The notes beneath the pieces are model-generated. The model ran no database searches, had not been told where the DNA came from, and was given only the letters and a program-made list of their open reading frames with translations. Below are positions 18,226 to 27,981 of a stretch of DNA of 64,000 nt, one piece after another; the first letter of the stretch is position 1; each line of letters starts with the position of its first letter. The DNA lies in the NCBI GenBank assembly GCA_934376955.1, contig CAKRPJ010000001.1, positions 21,396 to 85,395 of the forward strand, written 5' to 3'. Source of the stretch: an uncultured Lachnospiraceae bacterium. GTDB taxonomy: Bacteria > Bacillota > Clostridia > Lachnospirales > Lachnospiraceae. The position numbers and the translations under genes were made by a program.

Positions 18226-18264
18226 AATAAAAAAACCGCCCACTTGCGTACAGATAAGCGGTTT
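18226..18264 (-). terminator. rho-independent terminator (GAAACCGC...GGGCGGTTTTTTT on the - strand) after the 361-aa fibre gene
   Basis: GC stem plus a 7-nt U-tract. A second hairpin (11-bp stem) lies at 18335-18401. Confidence 0.55.
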
Positions 18265-18422
18265 CGATTCAGTATTTAATTTGACGAATATAACATCGTT
18301 GTTTGTCAATACAATATAAAACCTTCGCTGCACAGTGCATGTTCTCCTACTCGCAAAACACTGGCCCTGCAGCGAAGGCTATTTTTTTATGTCAACTTGA
18401 AATAACTAACCGCTTGGCCGTC

Positions 18423-19508
18423 TCAGCCAATGGTCTTCCAGGTAATAGCGCCCTCAACAACCTTCACGCGGGTATCCATGGCAGTGTTCAGGCTGTCAGC
18501 ATACGCCTTGGCGGCATCACGGGCAGCATTAGCCTTGGCGGTTGCGTCAGTAGCGGCAGCACCAATGGCCTCGCTCTTGGCGGCAGCCAGCTGTTCAGTG
18601 CTCACCTTGGCATCCCAGGTGGCCTTCTGTTCCTTGGTCACATGGATGTCGGCATTCGCAGCGTGCGTATCCAGGGCGGTCTGCACAGCCTTGATCTTTT
18701 TGTCAGCTTCGGCCTTGGTATAAGCATCGGGCACAGCAACATACAGGCCGTCTTCCTCCAGGGTAATGGAGTTGTCAGCCTTGGCACTCACCTTCACCTT
18801 CACGCTGATCTTATTGTCGGTAGAAACAGTAACCTCAGCGGTGGAAGTTGCCAGACCGGTGTAAATATCAATCAGGCTGCCAACCGGGATCTTAATCACA
18901 TCGCCGCTGGTAATGGTCAGCTCAATATTTTTGTCTTTGGCATTATAAGTACCGCTGGTCACAACCAGATCCTTGCCAAGCGCAATGGTCAGTTCGTCAC
19001 CGCCAAATACCGGCAGCTTGATGGTACGGGTGCTTGCATCATAAGTCGGTGCATGCACAACGCCAGTCAGGGTGGTAGTAACGGGGTCGCCGCCCTTGGC
19101 AACACTCAGCACGCCCTCATTGTAGGTAACATCGGTAACAAACACGCCCTTGCCGCCAACAACGCCCGCAATCTTGGCATCAACGTAGCTGGCAACAGCC
19201 TTAGTGGTCGGCACATTATCATCACTGGCGTTAGCAGCCGGGATCTCAGTTACGGTGGCCTTGTTCAGCTGGATATAGCTGGTGCCATTGAACACATGCA
19301 GGGTAAAGTCACTGGTGCGCACATAAACAACGCCCTGCACCTGGCCGGAAGCAGGCAGGGTGCTCACCAGCTTGCAGCTCTTGGTGTATTCAACTGCGCC
19401 CTTAAAAATCTGCAAAGTGTCAGTCAAAAAATACAGGGTGTCGTTGTCCTTTACCTGCAGGGCTTCAAACTTAGCTTTGGTACCATAATTAAATTTTACT
19501 TCTGCCAT
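18423..19508 (-). CDS. tail fibre / upper-baseplate (BppU-like N-terminus) protein
   Basis: N-terminus KFNYGTKAKFEALQVKDNDTLYFLTDTLQIFKG matches the conserved N-terminal pattern of siphovirus fibre/BppU proteins. RBS AAGGAG. Confidence 0.6.
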   Translation of the reverse strand: MAEVKFNYGTKAKFEALQVKDNDTLYFLTDTLQIFKGAVEYTKSCKLVSTLPASGQVQGVVYVRTSDFTLHVFNGTSYIQLNKATVTEIPAANASDDNVPTTKAVASYVDAKIAGVVGGKGVFVTDVTYNEGVLSVAKGGDPVTTTLTGVVHAPTYDASTRTIKLPVFGGDELTIALGKDLVVTSGTYNAKDKNIELTITSGDVIKIPVGSLIDIYTGLATSTAEVTVSTDNKISVKVKVSAKADNSITLEEDGLYVAVPDAYTKAEADKKIKAVQTALDTHAANADIHVTKEQKATWDAKVSTEQLAAAKSEAIGAAATDATAKANAARDAAKAYADSLNTAMDTRVKVVEGAITWKTIG

Positions 19509-19545
19509 AATTATCTCTCCTTAAATTTCATGTTGTTTTTGTCGG

Positions 19546-19902
19546 TTAAAATTCTTGCCAAACAAATCCAGTGCTTGCAGTGTTGAACGGTTCAACAGCA
19601 AACTTTCCGGTATCCAACAGCTGCACAATCCACGGTTCATACTTGCCCTCGGTGTTTTTAATCATTACGGTCTGCCCGGCATAAGTGTCGCTGCTGTTGT
19701 TCAGCTGTTCATTGGCTTGTCCGTTGCTGTCAAAAACACGGGTTCGGGGGCGGATCGCCTGTTTGCTCTTATCGTCACGGATGTAATAAAACTCCGATGT
19801 ATCCTTGGTAATAACCAGGTCCTTCTCGTCAATAATTCCATTCGTAATCGCTGTATCCAGGTTTTCTGCGTTACCATAGCCCAACTTGCTTGTAGTTGCC
19901 AT
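19546..19902 (-). CDS. hypothetical structural protein (start at the internal ATG)
   Basis: RBS AAGGAGG before the ATG at 19902. Confidence 0.45.
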   Translation of the reverse strand: MATTSKLGYGNAENLDTAITNGIIDEKDLVITKDTSEFYYIRDDKSKQAIRPRTRVFDSNGQANEQLNNSSDTYAGQTVMIKNTEGKYEPWIVQLLDTGKFAVEPFNTASTGFVWQEF

Positions 19903-19959
19903 TCTCCCACCTCCTTTCTCCATTTGTCGCTATATAGAAAAAATGCAGGCGGCCAAGCC

Positions 19960-20610
19960 TTAAAACTCAACCACCCGCATATTTCCATCAGTTGTACCAT
20001 CACCGCCGCTGCCGGAACCGCCGCTGCTCTTGATCTCTACCGCATTGCCAATCGGGCTTCCGTTGGCGGTCAGCTGCAGCATGTCATTCTTGTAGCTCAG
20101 GTTGTCGGCCTTGCTGTTCATCATGGTGTTGCTCTTATCAATCATGGCCTTCAGCATTGCCTGCATCGCAATAATCCGTTGGTCCAAAGCATTCAGTGCT
20201 TCGTCCGGGATCGTGGCCGCCCAGTCGTAAACATCAACAATTTTAATTTCGCCCGGTCCAACCTTGCGGATGTACTGGGTGGTTCTGCCTTCAGCATCCA
20301 TCTCAATGTTGCCAAAGGTCAGCTGGAACTCAATCACACCGGCCTCACTGGTCAGCGCTGTGTCAAAGGGCAACTTATATTCCAGCTTGTTTTTGTACAG
20401 CTCGTCACTCAGCGTCAAAAACTCGGTGCGGTATTTCTTGCTCACCGGCAACCGGTATTCTAGCATCACCACATAGTCGCGCATGTCTTTGCCTTTGTAT
20501 TCCGGGTCAGCCAAAAAATGCAGGGTATCTACCAGTTTGCTCTGCTGCATCACGCGCTCCACCACACTGGCGGTCAGGGTATTGTCCTCGTTAATCAGGA
20601 TCGTGTACAT
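19960..20610 (-). CDS. hypothetical structural protein (start MYTIL...)
   Basis: RBS AAAGGAG before the ATG at 20610. Confidence 0.5.
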   Translation of the reverse strand: MYTILINEDNTLTASVVERVMQQSKLVDTLHFLADPEYKGKDMRDYVVMLEYRLPVSKKYRTEFLTLSDELYKNKLEYKLPFDTALTSEAGVIEFQLTFGNIEMDAEGRTTQYIRKVGPGEIKIVDVYDWAATIPDEALNALDQRIIAMQAMLKAMIDKSNTMMNSKADNLSYKNDMLQLTANGSPIGNAVEIKSSGGSGSGGDGTTDGNMRVVEF

Positions 20611-20745
20611 TGCTCGTCTCCTTTCCGCCCACAATGTAGTCAAACTCATTGCGGCTGATTTTGCCCTTGTGCCACAGCGCATTTAGGGTCGCTTCTTTTA
20701 ATCGGCGATCCAAATACAACCGCCGCAAACTCTCCACAAAGTCGC

Positions 20746-21072
20746 TCATAGCACACCTCCTTCAATTAGGCTCAGGGTATAAGCATCAATAATAGCCTCA
20801 GGGGTTTTGGCCCCCAAGGCTTTCAGCTTGTCATATTCGTAAACACTGATCTCTTCCAACTGCACGGTATCGTATCCTGCCGCCGGAATGTTATAGTATC
20901 CGTCAACATGCCAGATGTAGCGCCCATCACTGCTCACAATTCCTTCGGCATCATCTGCCGTGCAGTTCACCATAATTCCGTGTTTCGCCTGGTATTTCAC
21001 AAAACTCAGGTGGTCAAGGGTATCAATCACCTGGCCGTTATATATCACCTTGTAATACATTTCGTCCCTCAA
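20746..21072 (-). CDS. hypothetical protein (108 aa)
   Basis: RBS AAAGGAGG. Lies in the 3' end of the giant gene. Confidence 0.5.
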   Translation of the reverse strand: MRDEMYYKVIYNGQVIDTLDHLSFVKYQAKHGIMVNCTADDAEGIVSSDGRYIWHVDGYYNIPAAGYDTVQLEEISVYEYDKLKALGAKTPEAIIDAYTLSLIEGGVL

Positions 21073-21078
21073 CCTCCT

Positions 21079-24000
21079 TTACACGCTGAACATCACGCGC
21101 ACGCCATGCTGCTCATTCGGGGTAACATAGCTGTAAATCTGGCCGTCTGCCGCAACCTGCAAAAAGTAATCTGCATACTGAACATTCGGGCTGCGTGTCC
21201 AATAAGTGGTGGCCGCGCCATCATCGTCATAGCAGATTCGGCTCTGATTATCCGTCATGTAACTGATCGTTGTACCTTCATAAATATACGGCTCACTGTT
21301 CATGCTGGGGTTCAGCTCATATGCAGCCGGTATAAAGAAGTAACAATCCGCCGTCACAATTTCCTTGGATGTTCCGCCCGCACTGGATGTCACTTTTACC
21401 TGCTGGATCAACTGCTGCCATCCAATCGGCAAGGCATTCGGCAGCCGCTTGTCCAGGTAGGTGCGCAGCGTTGCTGCGGGCCAACCACCATTGTTGTGAT
21501 AGCTGCTGGTAATCGGCATCTTGCGTGCCAGCGTATTTTTCGCTAAAAACGTCATTGCGCAGCGCTTGTTTGTGTTATCGCTTAAATAAAACTGCTTAAA
21601 TCCGCACATCTCATATTCGCGGGTTTCATGCGGCCATGCAGCCAGCTTCCGGCAGGCATTGTCGCCCAGGTCTGCATACCAAACTTTCGCCCAGTACACA
21701 TCACCCTTGGCAAACCGTTCATATTCCCCGTCATCTGCCTTGGCACAACCAAACACCAGCGTTGCATTGGTCTGTGTAATTCGTCCACGGTTAATCTCGG
21801 TGTAAACAATGTCGTCACCGTAAATGTTAGCCGTATACACATGCAGGTTGTTTTCGCCCTTCTTGTGGCGCATTACCACCATGTCACGGGTTCCAACTGT
21901 GGCAGCTGTTGCGCTTTCGGTGCCCCAACTGATCTTGGCTCCATTATTGTTCCAAATGCGGATACCGTTCATGCCGTTGGTTTCAAAACACTGCATCAGC
22001 ACAGCATTGGCCGTATCGGTTGTGGTCATCCGGTAATCTACCGCCAGCACCCAGTCCCGGTCTTCCTTCAACAGCTGCACACCAGTGTCCACATAGTTGG
22101 TGCCATCAAAGGTCTTTTTCTCGTTAATCAAAACCTTCTCTTCAATGTCAGAGTAGCTAAAGTCGTTGCCCATCGTAATGGTCACAGCGTCCTTGGGGCT
22201 AACCACCTTATTCTCCACACCAACCTTTTTCATTGCGTAAATCTCGACCGGGCGCAAACTGCCAATCTCTTTGCCGTCAAAGTAACCAGAGGTGTATTCG
22301 CAGCTGTCATATACCGCATTGATGTCCTTGTCTCCGTTCACATATCCGCCCTTGTCCCAATGGTCAAACAGGTAGAACTTATAGGCACCTTCCTCCGCCG
22401 TGTAGGTCGGGGTATCGCCTTCGTACAACACCATGCTGCCATAGGGGGCAACTGTTTTCTGTTTCTCCGCACCATTGTTCAGGTAGCGCACGGTATACTT
22501 CCGTACACTCTCGGTATATTTGGCCGTTACGGTCTGGTTGGTAAATACTGTAACAAACTCTGTGTCCCATCCAGCATAGGTAAAGTCAGTGCTCACCGTG
22601 CTCTTCTTGGTCGGCTTCGGGATCGGCTTCTCCGCACGGGTCACAGGGTCAACAGCCTTACCACCCTTGTCAATGTACTGCACATCCAAAACTGTGTGCT
22701 CGTCATCATCATTCACAAAGGTCCAGGTAAACTGTTCCACCAGCGTATTGTAGCTGATCTTCAAATCCGGCCACTGTGCATTAAATTCTGCCAGCTTCTT
22801 TTCACGCATAATGGGCACATGCACCTTGCCCTCCAGTACAGAGTGCTCAGTGTTATAGCCGTTCTCATCCAGGCCGGTCATCGTGTACAGCCGGTCAAGC
22901 AGCGCTGTATCCTCGCATTCCCAATCAAGGCCAGTCAGGCGCACGCGGTTCAAACCTGTGCATTTTTCCAACATAGCTTTCAGGTCAATGGTCGGGCAGC
23001 TTTCCACAACCAGTGTGGTCAGGTTCTCATAGCCGTCAATCTTCAAATCGGTCAGGTGGTTCAGGCTCTGTGCCGTCAGGCTTGCAATCGCAGGCAGTTC
23101 AGCCTTTTCAATCTTGCCGCCCTTGGCAAACGCCACACCGGTAATACCGCTGCCGCCGGCATAAAAATCGGTCAGGTTTACACATCCCGCCAAGCTGATG
23201 GATTTCTTCAGGTTTGGCACATTCTGCAAATTCAGGTGTTCCAGCAGCGTATTGTTACCAACTGCAAAGTCGGTCAGGTTTGTGTTGCGGTAGCCTTCGG
23301 TGCCGTTGCCAACCTTCAAGTCGGTCAATTTCGCACCATGGCTAAAATCAACATACCCAGGGTAAAATCCACTAATGTCGCCAATGCTCTGTATCAGGCT
23401 GGCATTGTAAACATAAACCTCGGTATCGTTCATGGCTGCAATCGGGCACTCAATCGTGTAGGTCTGGCCGCGCTTGCCGCGCATTTTTACCGGGTTGGAG
23501 CCATACAAAACACTCACATAGGTATCTGCATATGGGCGGATATGGAACGTACCGTCCGGCTGCACACCTGTCCAGTTGGTCGGGGTATAGCCGCGGATCG
23601 TCATATCATCAGCCGTGCAGGTCGTGCCGCTATACTTGCTCGCAATATACTTTTCCTGGTATTTCTGGTACTGGCGGCGCTGGTGACGCTTGTTGCCGTG
23701 CATCATCGGCAGGTAACTGGTCGTTCCATTGTCTTCATAGGTGCGGAAATATTTGCGCCGCATGTCCATGATCCAAAGCTTTTCGGGCTTCACATCCTGG
23801 TACGCCTCAATCTTGCGCAAAATACGGTTTGCACTCCAGGCCAAAGCGCTCTCACGGTTCAGGTACATCTTCTGCAAGTCATCTGCAAAAAGATCTCGTA
23901 CCTTGCACCACAGCTTGCTGTCTGCCGCGTTAAACACGCTCTTGGTGCCAATGGTGTCGGTGTCCTCATAGCCGTAAGTCAGTGTCAATCCGCCCTCGTT

Positions 24001-27000
24001 GTCGTTGCCCTGGCAGGTATCGTTGTCGTAATCCATGCAAAAATCCCAATGGATCAGATCTTCTGTGTGGGGGAACACATTCTTGGCGCGGTTATCCACC
24101 ATTGTGTGGCGCTCAGTGAACAGATAAAAGAACAGCACACTGTCCTTGATAAAGTGGTCCTCAAAATGGGTCTTAAACTCTTCATCATCTGCATTTACTA
24201 CCCAGGTCAGCAAGCTCTGCCAGGCATTCTTTGCCGCCTGTGTTTCTTCCTCAGTGCAGTTTTTGCTAATATAGCGAAACTCAAAGCTGTGGTCGCCGTC
24301 CCAGGTTTCCTGGCTCAGATCATCACTCAAAAAGCGGGTCTGGGCATCGGTGTTGTTATCAATCTCAACAATAACTTCCTTGTGGTTTTCGGGGTCCATG
24401 CCCTGGGTATCATTGTTCTTCTTGCTGTTGCCAATATCACCGCAGGCGTAAAAATGCCACTGGCCGTCCTTAAACACCGTTGCGTTCTCCACGTCCGTTT
24501 CCTGAATAAACACCACGCACGGGTAAAACGCCATCGTATCGCGCACCTTCGGGTTATCTTTCTTTGCCTGGCGGGTATATGGGTTAAACGTGTTGTAATC
24601 ATCTGCAATGCAGGCGTTGTTTGCGTTTTCAGAACTTGCAATGTTTACCTTGATATTAAAATATTTCTCCGGGATACTGTCCTTAGTCAAGGTATAGGTG
24701 CTGCCGGTACTATCATCGCCAAACGTAAATCCACCGGAACAGTTAATATCAATGTTTCGGCCGCTCTCGCCATACGCATTGGAGCTGGTGCCCTGGCCTT
24801 TATGGCTGCCGGTCGCGGTCCAGTTATCCTCCACAGCGCGTCCGTTCTTGTAAATCTGCTGAATGGTGGTATTAAAAACCTCATTCTTTTTGCCGGTCGT
24901 AAAGGTCGGGGCACTGATCTTGATAATGCGCAAATCCGGGCACTTCTCGGCCAAAAGGTCAGCATCCAGTTCGCCGCTTACGTTGGTAATATCGTTGCGG
25001 TTATAGCGTTCAATCATCAGCTCGGCGTTCTTGGCATCCGCAATAAAGTTGTCCAGGATCTCATCGTCCGTCAGTTCCATGCCGTAGGTCTTCATGCGGT
25101 ATACCTGCACATCACAGTCCGCAGAGCCAATCGTAATGCCAACCGGGCTTGCCTGTGTAAAGTTGTCGCTTGCATCGTACAGTTCCACCTTACAGGGGAT
25201 ACCGTCGCACCATAGCACCATCTCTTTATACTTGCTGTCCGGCAAAATATTGAACTCAAACTCCAAAAAGTCATCTTCGCAAATCGGCAGCTCAATGCGG
25301 TTCTGCTGGCTGGTCAAGGTAATCTTCTGTGCCTGTACCGTCAAACCAACGTTGCCATTTGCGCAGGTTAGCGCCGTAGCATCGTAGTCTCGCACATTGG
25401 TGGTTTTAAACACCAGCTTAAAGTTCTTACCCTTCTTTTTGGCATCGTCCGCAAACAGCTTATAATCCAGCGTGGCGGTAGTTCCGGCTTTCACGCAAAA
25501 GTAAGTATCGCCGTCCTCATCAATCTGGTAGCCGCCATTGCTCCAGTCAAAGTTGTCGCTTACAGTCATTGCGGTATTGCCATCAGTCCACAGGCGGTTT
25601 TCGTCCGCATTGGTTCGGCCAGCCGGGTTAAAGTCAAACATCAGGTTGGTTTTCACCGGCTCAATGTTAATACCCAGCTCGGTAATTTTTACATTGATGG
25701 TCTTTACCGTCTCGCCGCAGGTAATGGTCAGCACATGGCTGCCAATCTCGCTGCTCTTGTACGTCCAGGTCTGTTTGGTGCGTCCCACCGTTAGCTTGCT
25801 GGCAACAATGCCATCCACAGCCAGGGTCACATTGGTGTTGCTGCTGGCCGGATCATACACGGTATAGCTGATCGCAACATTGCTGTACTGTTTAGCACTG
25901 TAATCCAGCACGGCACAACTGATAATCGGGGTGTTATTGCCCTCTTCCACCCACATAATATCGTGGCGCAGGGTGTTGCTTGTCACCTGTTTGCCATTGA
26001 TCTCCGCCGTCATGCTCACTTCCAGCAGGTGGCTGCCGTGCTTCTGGGTGGGCAAATTGTAGGTCATCTGGCGGCCTGTCACTGCAGTGCTTGTTCCACC
26101 AATCGCCTTGCCATCCAACTTAAAGCTGATGTTTTTGGCAATATTGCCATACGGAGTAAACCGGTAAGTTACTTCGCCGGAATAAAAAAGAGAGTCATCA
26201 AAAATGCTCTCCAAATAAAACTCAACAACATTAACCGACCAGTTCTTGCTGCCCACACTGCCCATGCTGTCCGTAACCTGCAGCCGCACAGTGTTGTCAC
26301 CGCTGTGCAAGTATTGCGTCACATCAAAGGTGTTCTTGCCCTGGATGATGGTCGTGGTTGCCACCTTGGTGTTGCCCACATACCAGTTGCCAGTCGCATT
26401 GCCGGTGTCATCGCCAGCATTGTCCACACTCGTAAACTTAAAGCCGATCAATGCACTGTCACCCTGAACTACCGTCAGGCTGCTGTCACCAATTCGTTCA
26501 ATGGTAATGGTGCTGGTTGCCTCACCGCCACCACCGCCACCACCTTTAATGGTAACAACAGTCTTGGTTGTGCCGTCTTCCAACAGGCTCAAATGACCGT
26601 CATCACTGGTGTAAGTAATGTCGTACTCATGGCCGTTGCTGGGCTTAATATCTTTGATCTTTTCCTGGATTTCTGCAATGTCGCTGTTGGCCGTATCCAC
26701 ACTGCCCTGCAAAGCTGCCACGGTATTCTTGGTCACAGTCAAATCATTGGTAAATCCATCCAGAGCAGTTTTGTCCGCCTTATCAGCCAGCAGTTTGTTG
26801 GTTGCTTCCTTATTATAATAATCACTCTGCAAGGTGTTCGGCAGGTCGCCTACACTATCCTGCAAAGCTTTCACAGCTTCGTTGTTGCTGGTCTTGTATT
26901 CATCCAGCGCTGTACTTACCGGGTCTACCGCCGCGCTGATCTTAGCATCCACCGTCTTGCCATATGCGGTCGTCCACTCTGCGCTGGGGTCGGTGCTCAA

Positions 27001-27957
27001 GGTTACAGTTTTAATCACTGCATCGCCGTTATAAAACGTTAAGGCACGGGTGCCCGCATCATACACACAGTTAAAAGCTGCTAATCCGTCGATCCCAGAA
27101 ATCTTGCCTTCCAACAGTGTAACAAAGCCATCCACTTCTTCCTTGTTATAATACTTGGCAAGCTCCGTGGTCAGCTCAGTTTTCTTGGTATAGTTGGTGT
27201 CAAGGCCACTCTGCAGCTCCTGTTTAATTCCTGCTGCCGCATTCTGGATCTTATTATCCACACCCGCCGCAGCGTTGGCTGCATCCTGGGCACTGGCCTG
27301 TGCGGCACTGGCATAGCTGGAAGCCTGGCCAACCTTCTCGTCCATCAGGGCAACAAAGCTTGTGTACCAGTCTTTGTCCGGTTCCACCATCTTGGTGCCA
27401 CTCAAAGCCTCCAAGATATTCAGCTCGCCGTCTGGTCGTGTGCGCCACATATAGGTCTCGCTGCGTTCATTTACACCAGTTGCAGTGATCTCAAAGCGCA
27501 CGGTCCCCTTCTTGCTTGTCACACTATTTGTAACCAGCCAATAGAACCGGATCGTATCCTCGTTGTAGGTAACATTGATCGGCGTGGCATATGCTTCCTG
27601 CCCGTCCACATTCAGGTAATGCACCTGCAGCATCATCTGCATCAAATCAATGCCGTCATATCGCCGCGGCATCTTAAACGGGATCACCTGGCTGTTGGTT
27701 TCCTGGGTAATGTTGATCTGGCTCTTGTCCATCACAACATTTTTCATCTCGTCAATGGTCGAAAACGCATCATCATTATATTGGTTGTACCACAGGTATT
27801 TTTCACTGCGGGTGTAGCCGCCATCATCATTGGCCTGCGCCTCCGGCATATCAACTACCGCGGCCATGGGGGCAGCCTCAGCCTGCAATGCCACTGGCTC
27901 TGCTTTGGCCGCCATTTCAGCTGCCATCCGTTTCGACTCTTCAAAACTTAATGCCAT
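21079..27957 (-). CDS. giant (2292 aa) tail/host-interaction protein with Ig-like and leucine-rich-repeat segments
   Basis: RBS GGAGGAGG. LRR-like run ...LTDFAVGNNTLLEHLNLQNVPNLKKSISLAGCVNLTDFYAGGSGITGVAFA...LTDLKIDGYENLTTLVVESCP... Poly-Gly linker GGGGGGGE. Confidence 0.8.
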   Translation of the reverse strand: MALSFEESKRMAAEMAAKAEPVALQAEAAPMAAVVDMPEAQANDDGGYTRSEKYLWYNQYNDDAFSTIDEMKNVVMDKSQINITQETNSQVIPFKMPRRYDGIDLMQMMLQVHYLNVDGQEAYATPINVTYNEDTIRFYWLVTNSVTSKKGTVRFEITATGVNERSETYMWRTRPDGELNILEALSGTKMVEPDKDWYTSFVALMDEKVGQASSYASAAQASAQDAANAAAGVDNKIQNAAAGIKQELQSGLDTNYTKKTELTTELAKYYNKEEVDGFVTLLEGKISGIDGLAAFNCVYDAGTRALTFYNGDAVIKTVTLSTDPSAEWTTAYGKTVDAKISAAVDPVSTALDEYKTSNNEAVKALQDSVGDLPNTLQSDYYNKEATNKLLADKADKTALDGFTNDLTVTKNTVAALQGSVDTANSDIAEIQEKIKDIKPSNGHEYDITYTSDDGHLSLLEDGTTKTVVTIKGGGGGGGEATSTITIERIGDSSLTVVQGDSALIGFKFTSVDNAGDDTGNATGNWYVGNTKVATTTIIQGKNTFDVTQYLHSGDNTVRLQVTDSMGSVGSKNWSVNVVEFYLESIFDDSLFYSGEVTYRFTPYGNIAKNISFKLDGKAIGGTSTAVTGRQMTYNLPTQKHGSHLLEVSMTAEINGKQVTSNTLRHDIMWVEEGNNTPIISCAVLDYSAKQYSNVAISYTVYDPASSNTNVTLAVDGIVASKLTVGRTKQTWTYKSSEIGSHVLTITCGETVKTINVKITELGINIEPVKTNLMFDFNPAGRTNADENRLWTDGNTAMTVSDNFDWSNGGYQIDEDGDTYFCVKAGTTATLDYKLFADDAKKKGKNFKLVFKTTNVRDYDATALTCANGNVGLTVQAQKITLTSQQNRIELPICEDDFLEFEFNILPDSKYKEMVLWCDGIPCKVELYDASDNFTQASPVGITIGSADCDVQVYRMKTYGMELTDDEILDNFIADAKNAELMIERYNRNDITNVSGELDADLLAEKCPDLRIIKISAPTFTTGKKNEVFNTTIQQIYKNGRAVEDNWTATGSHKGQGTSSNAYGESGRNIDINCSGGFTFGDDSTGSTYTLTKDSIPEKYFNIKVNIASSENANNACIADDYNTFNPYTRQAKKDNPKVRDTMAFYPCVVFIQETDVENATVFKDGQWHFYACGDIGNSKKNNDTQGMDPENHKEVIVEIDNNTDAQTRFLSDDLSQETWDGDHSFEFRYISKNCTEEETQAAKNAWQSLLTWVVNADDEEFKTHFEDHFIKDSVLFFYLFTERHTMVDNRAKNVFPHTEDLIHWDFCMDYDNDTCQGNDNEGGLTLTYGYEDTDTIGTKSVFNAADSKLWCKVRDLFADDLQKMYLNRESALAWSANRILRKIEAYQDVKPEKLWIMDMRRKYFRTYEDNGTTSYLPMMHGNKRHQRRQYQKYQEKYIASKYSGTTCTADDMTIRGYTPTNWTGVQPDGTFHIRPYADTYVSVLYGSNPVKMRGKRGQTYTIECPIAAMNDTEVYVYNASLIQSIGDISGFYPGYVDFSHGAKLTDLKVGNGTEGYRNTNLTDFAVGNNTLLEHLNLQNVPNLKKSISLAGCVNLTDFYAGGSGITGVAFAKGGKIEKAELPAIASLTAQSLNHLTDLKIDGYENLTTLVVESCPTIDLKAMLEKCTGLNRVRLTGLDWECEDTALLDRLYTMTGLDENGYNTEHSVLEGKVHVPIMREKKLAEFNAQWPDLKISYNTLVEQFTWTFVNDDDEHTVLDVQYIDKGGKAVDPVTRAEKPIPKPTKKSTVSTDFTYAGWDTEFVTVFTNQTVTAKYTESVRKYTVRYLNNGAEKQKTVAPYGSMVLYEGDTPTYTAEEGAYKFYLFDHWDKGGYVNGDKDINAVYDSCEYTSGYFDGKEIGSLRPVEIYAMKKVGVENKVVSPKDAVTITMGNDFSYSDIEEKVLINEKKTFDGTNYVDTGVQLLKEDRDWVLAVDYRMTTTDTANAVLMQCFETNGMNGIRIWNNNGAKISWGTESATAATVGTRDMVVMRHKKGENNLHVYTANIYGDDIVYTEINRGRITQTNATLVFGCAKADDGEYERFAKGDVYWAKVWYADLGDNACRKLAAWPHETREYEMCGFKQFYLSDNTNKRCAMTFLAKNTLARKMPITSSYHNNGGWPAATLRTYLDKRLPNALPIGWQQLIQQVKVTSSAGGTSKEIVTADCYFFIPAAYELNPSMNSEPYIYEGTTISYMTDNQSRICYDDDGAATTYWTRSPNVQYADYFLQVAADGQIYSYVTPNEQHGVRVMFSV

Positions 27958-27981
27958 GTTTTCCTCCTCCCCTTTCTATTT

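Noticed and set aside
21628-25215. A 1195-aa ORF on the plus strand, together with other long plus-strand ORFs at 16715..17986, 18303..19586, 25963..27042, 28000..29892 and 59543..61675
   Set aside because: All lie antisense to well-supported minus-strand structural genes that have strong RBSs and recognisable domains. Their products are Leu/Val/Gln/His-rich low-complexity strings typical of the reverse strand of biased coding DNA, and none has a convincing RBS.
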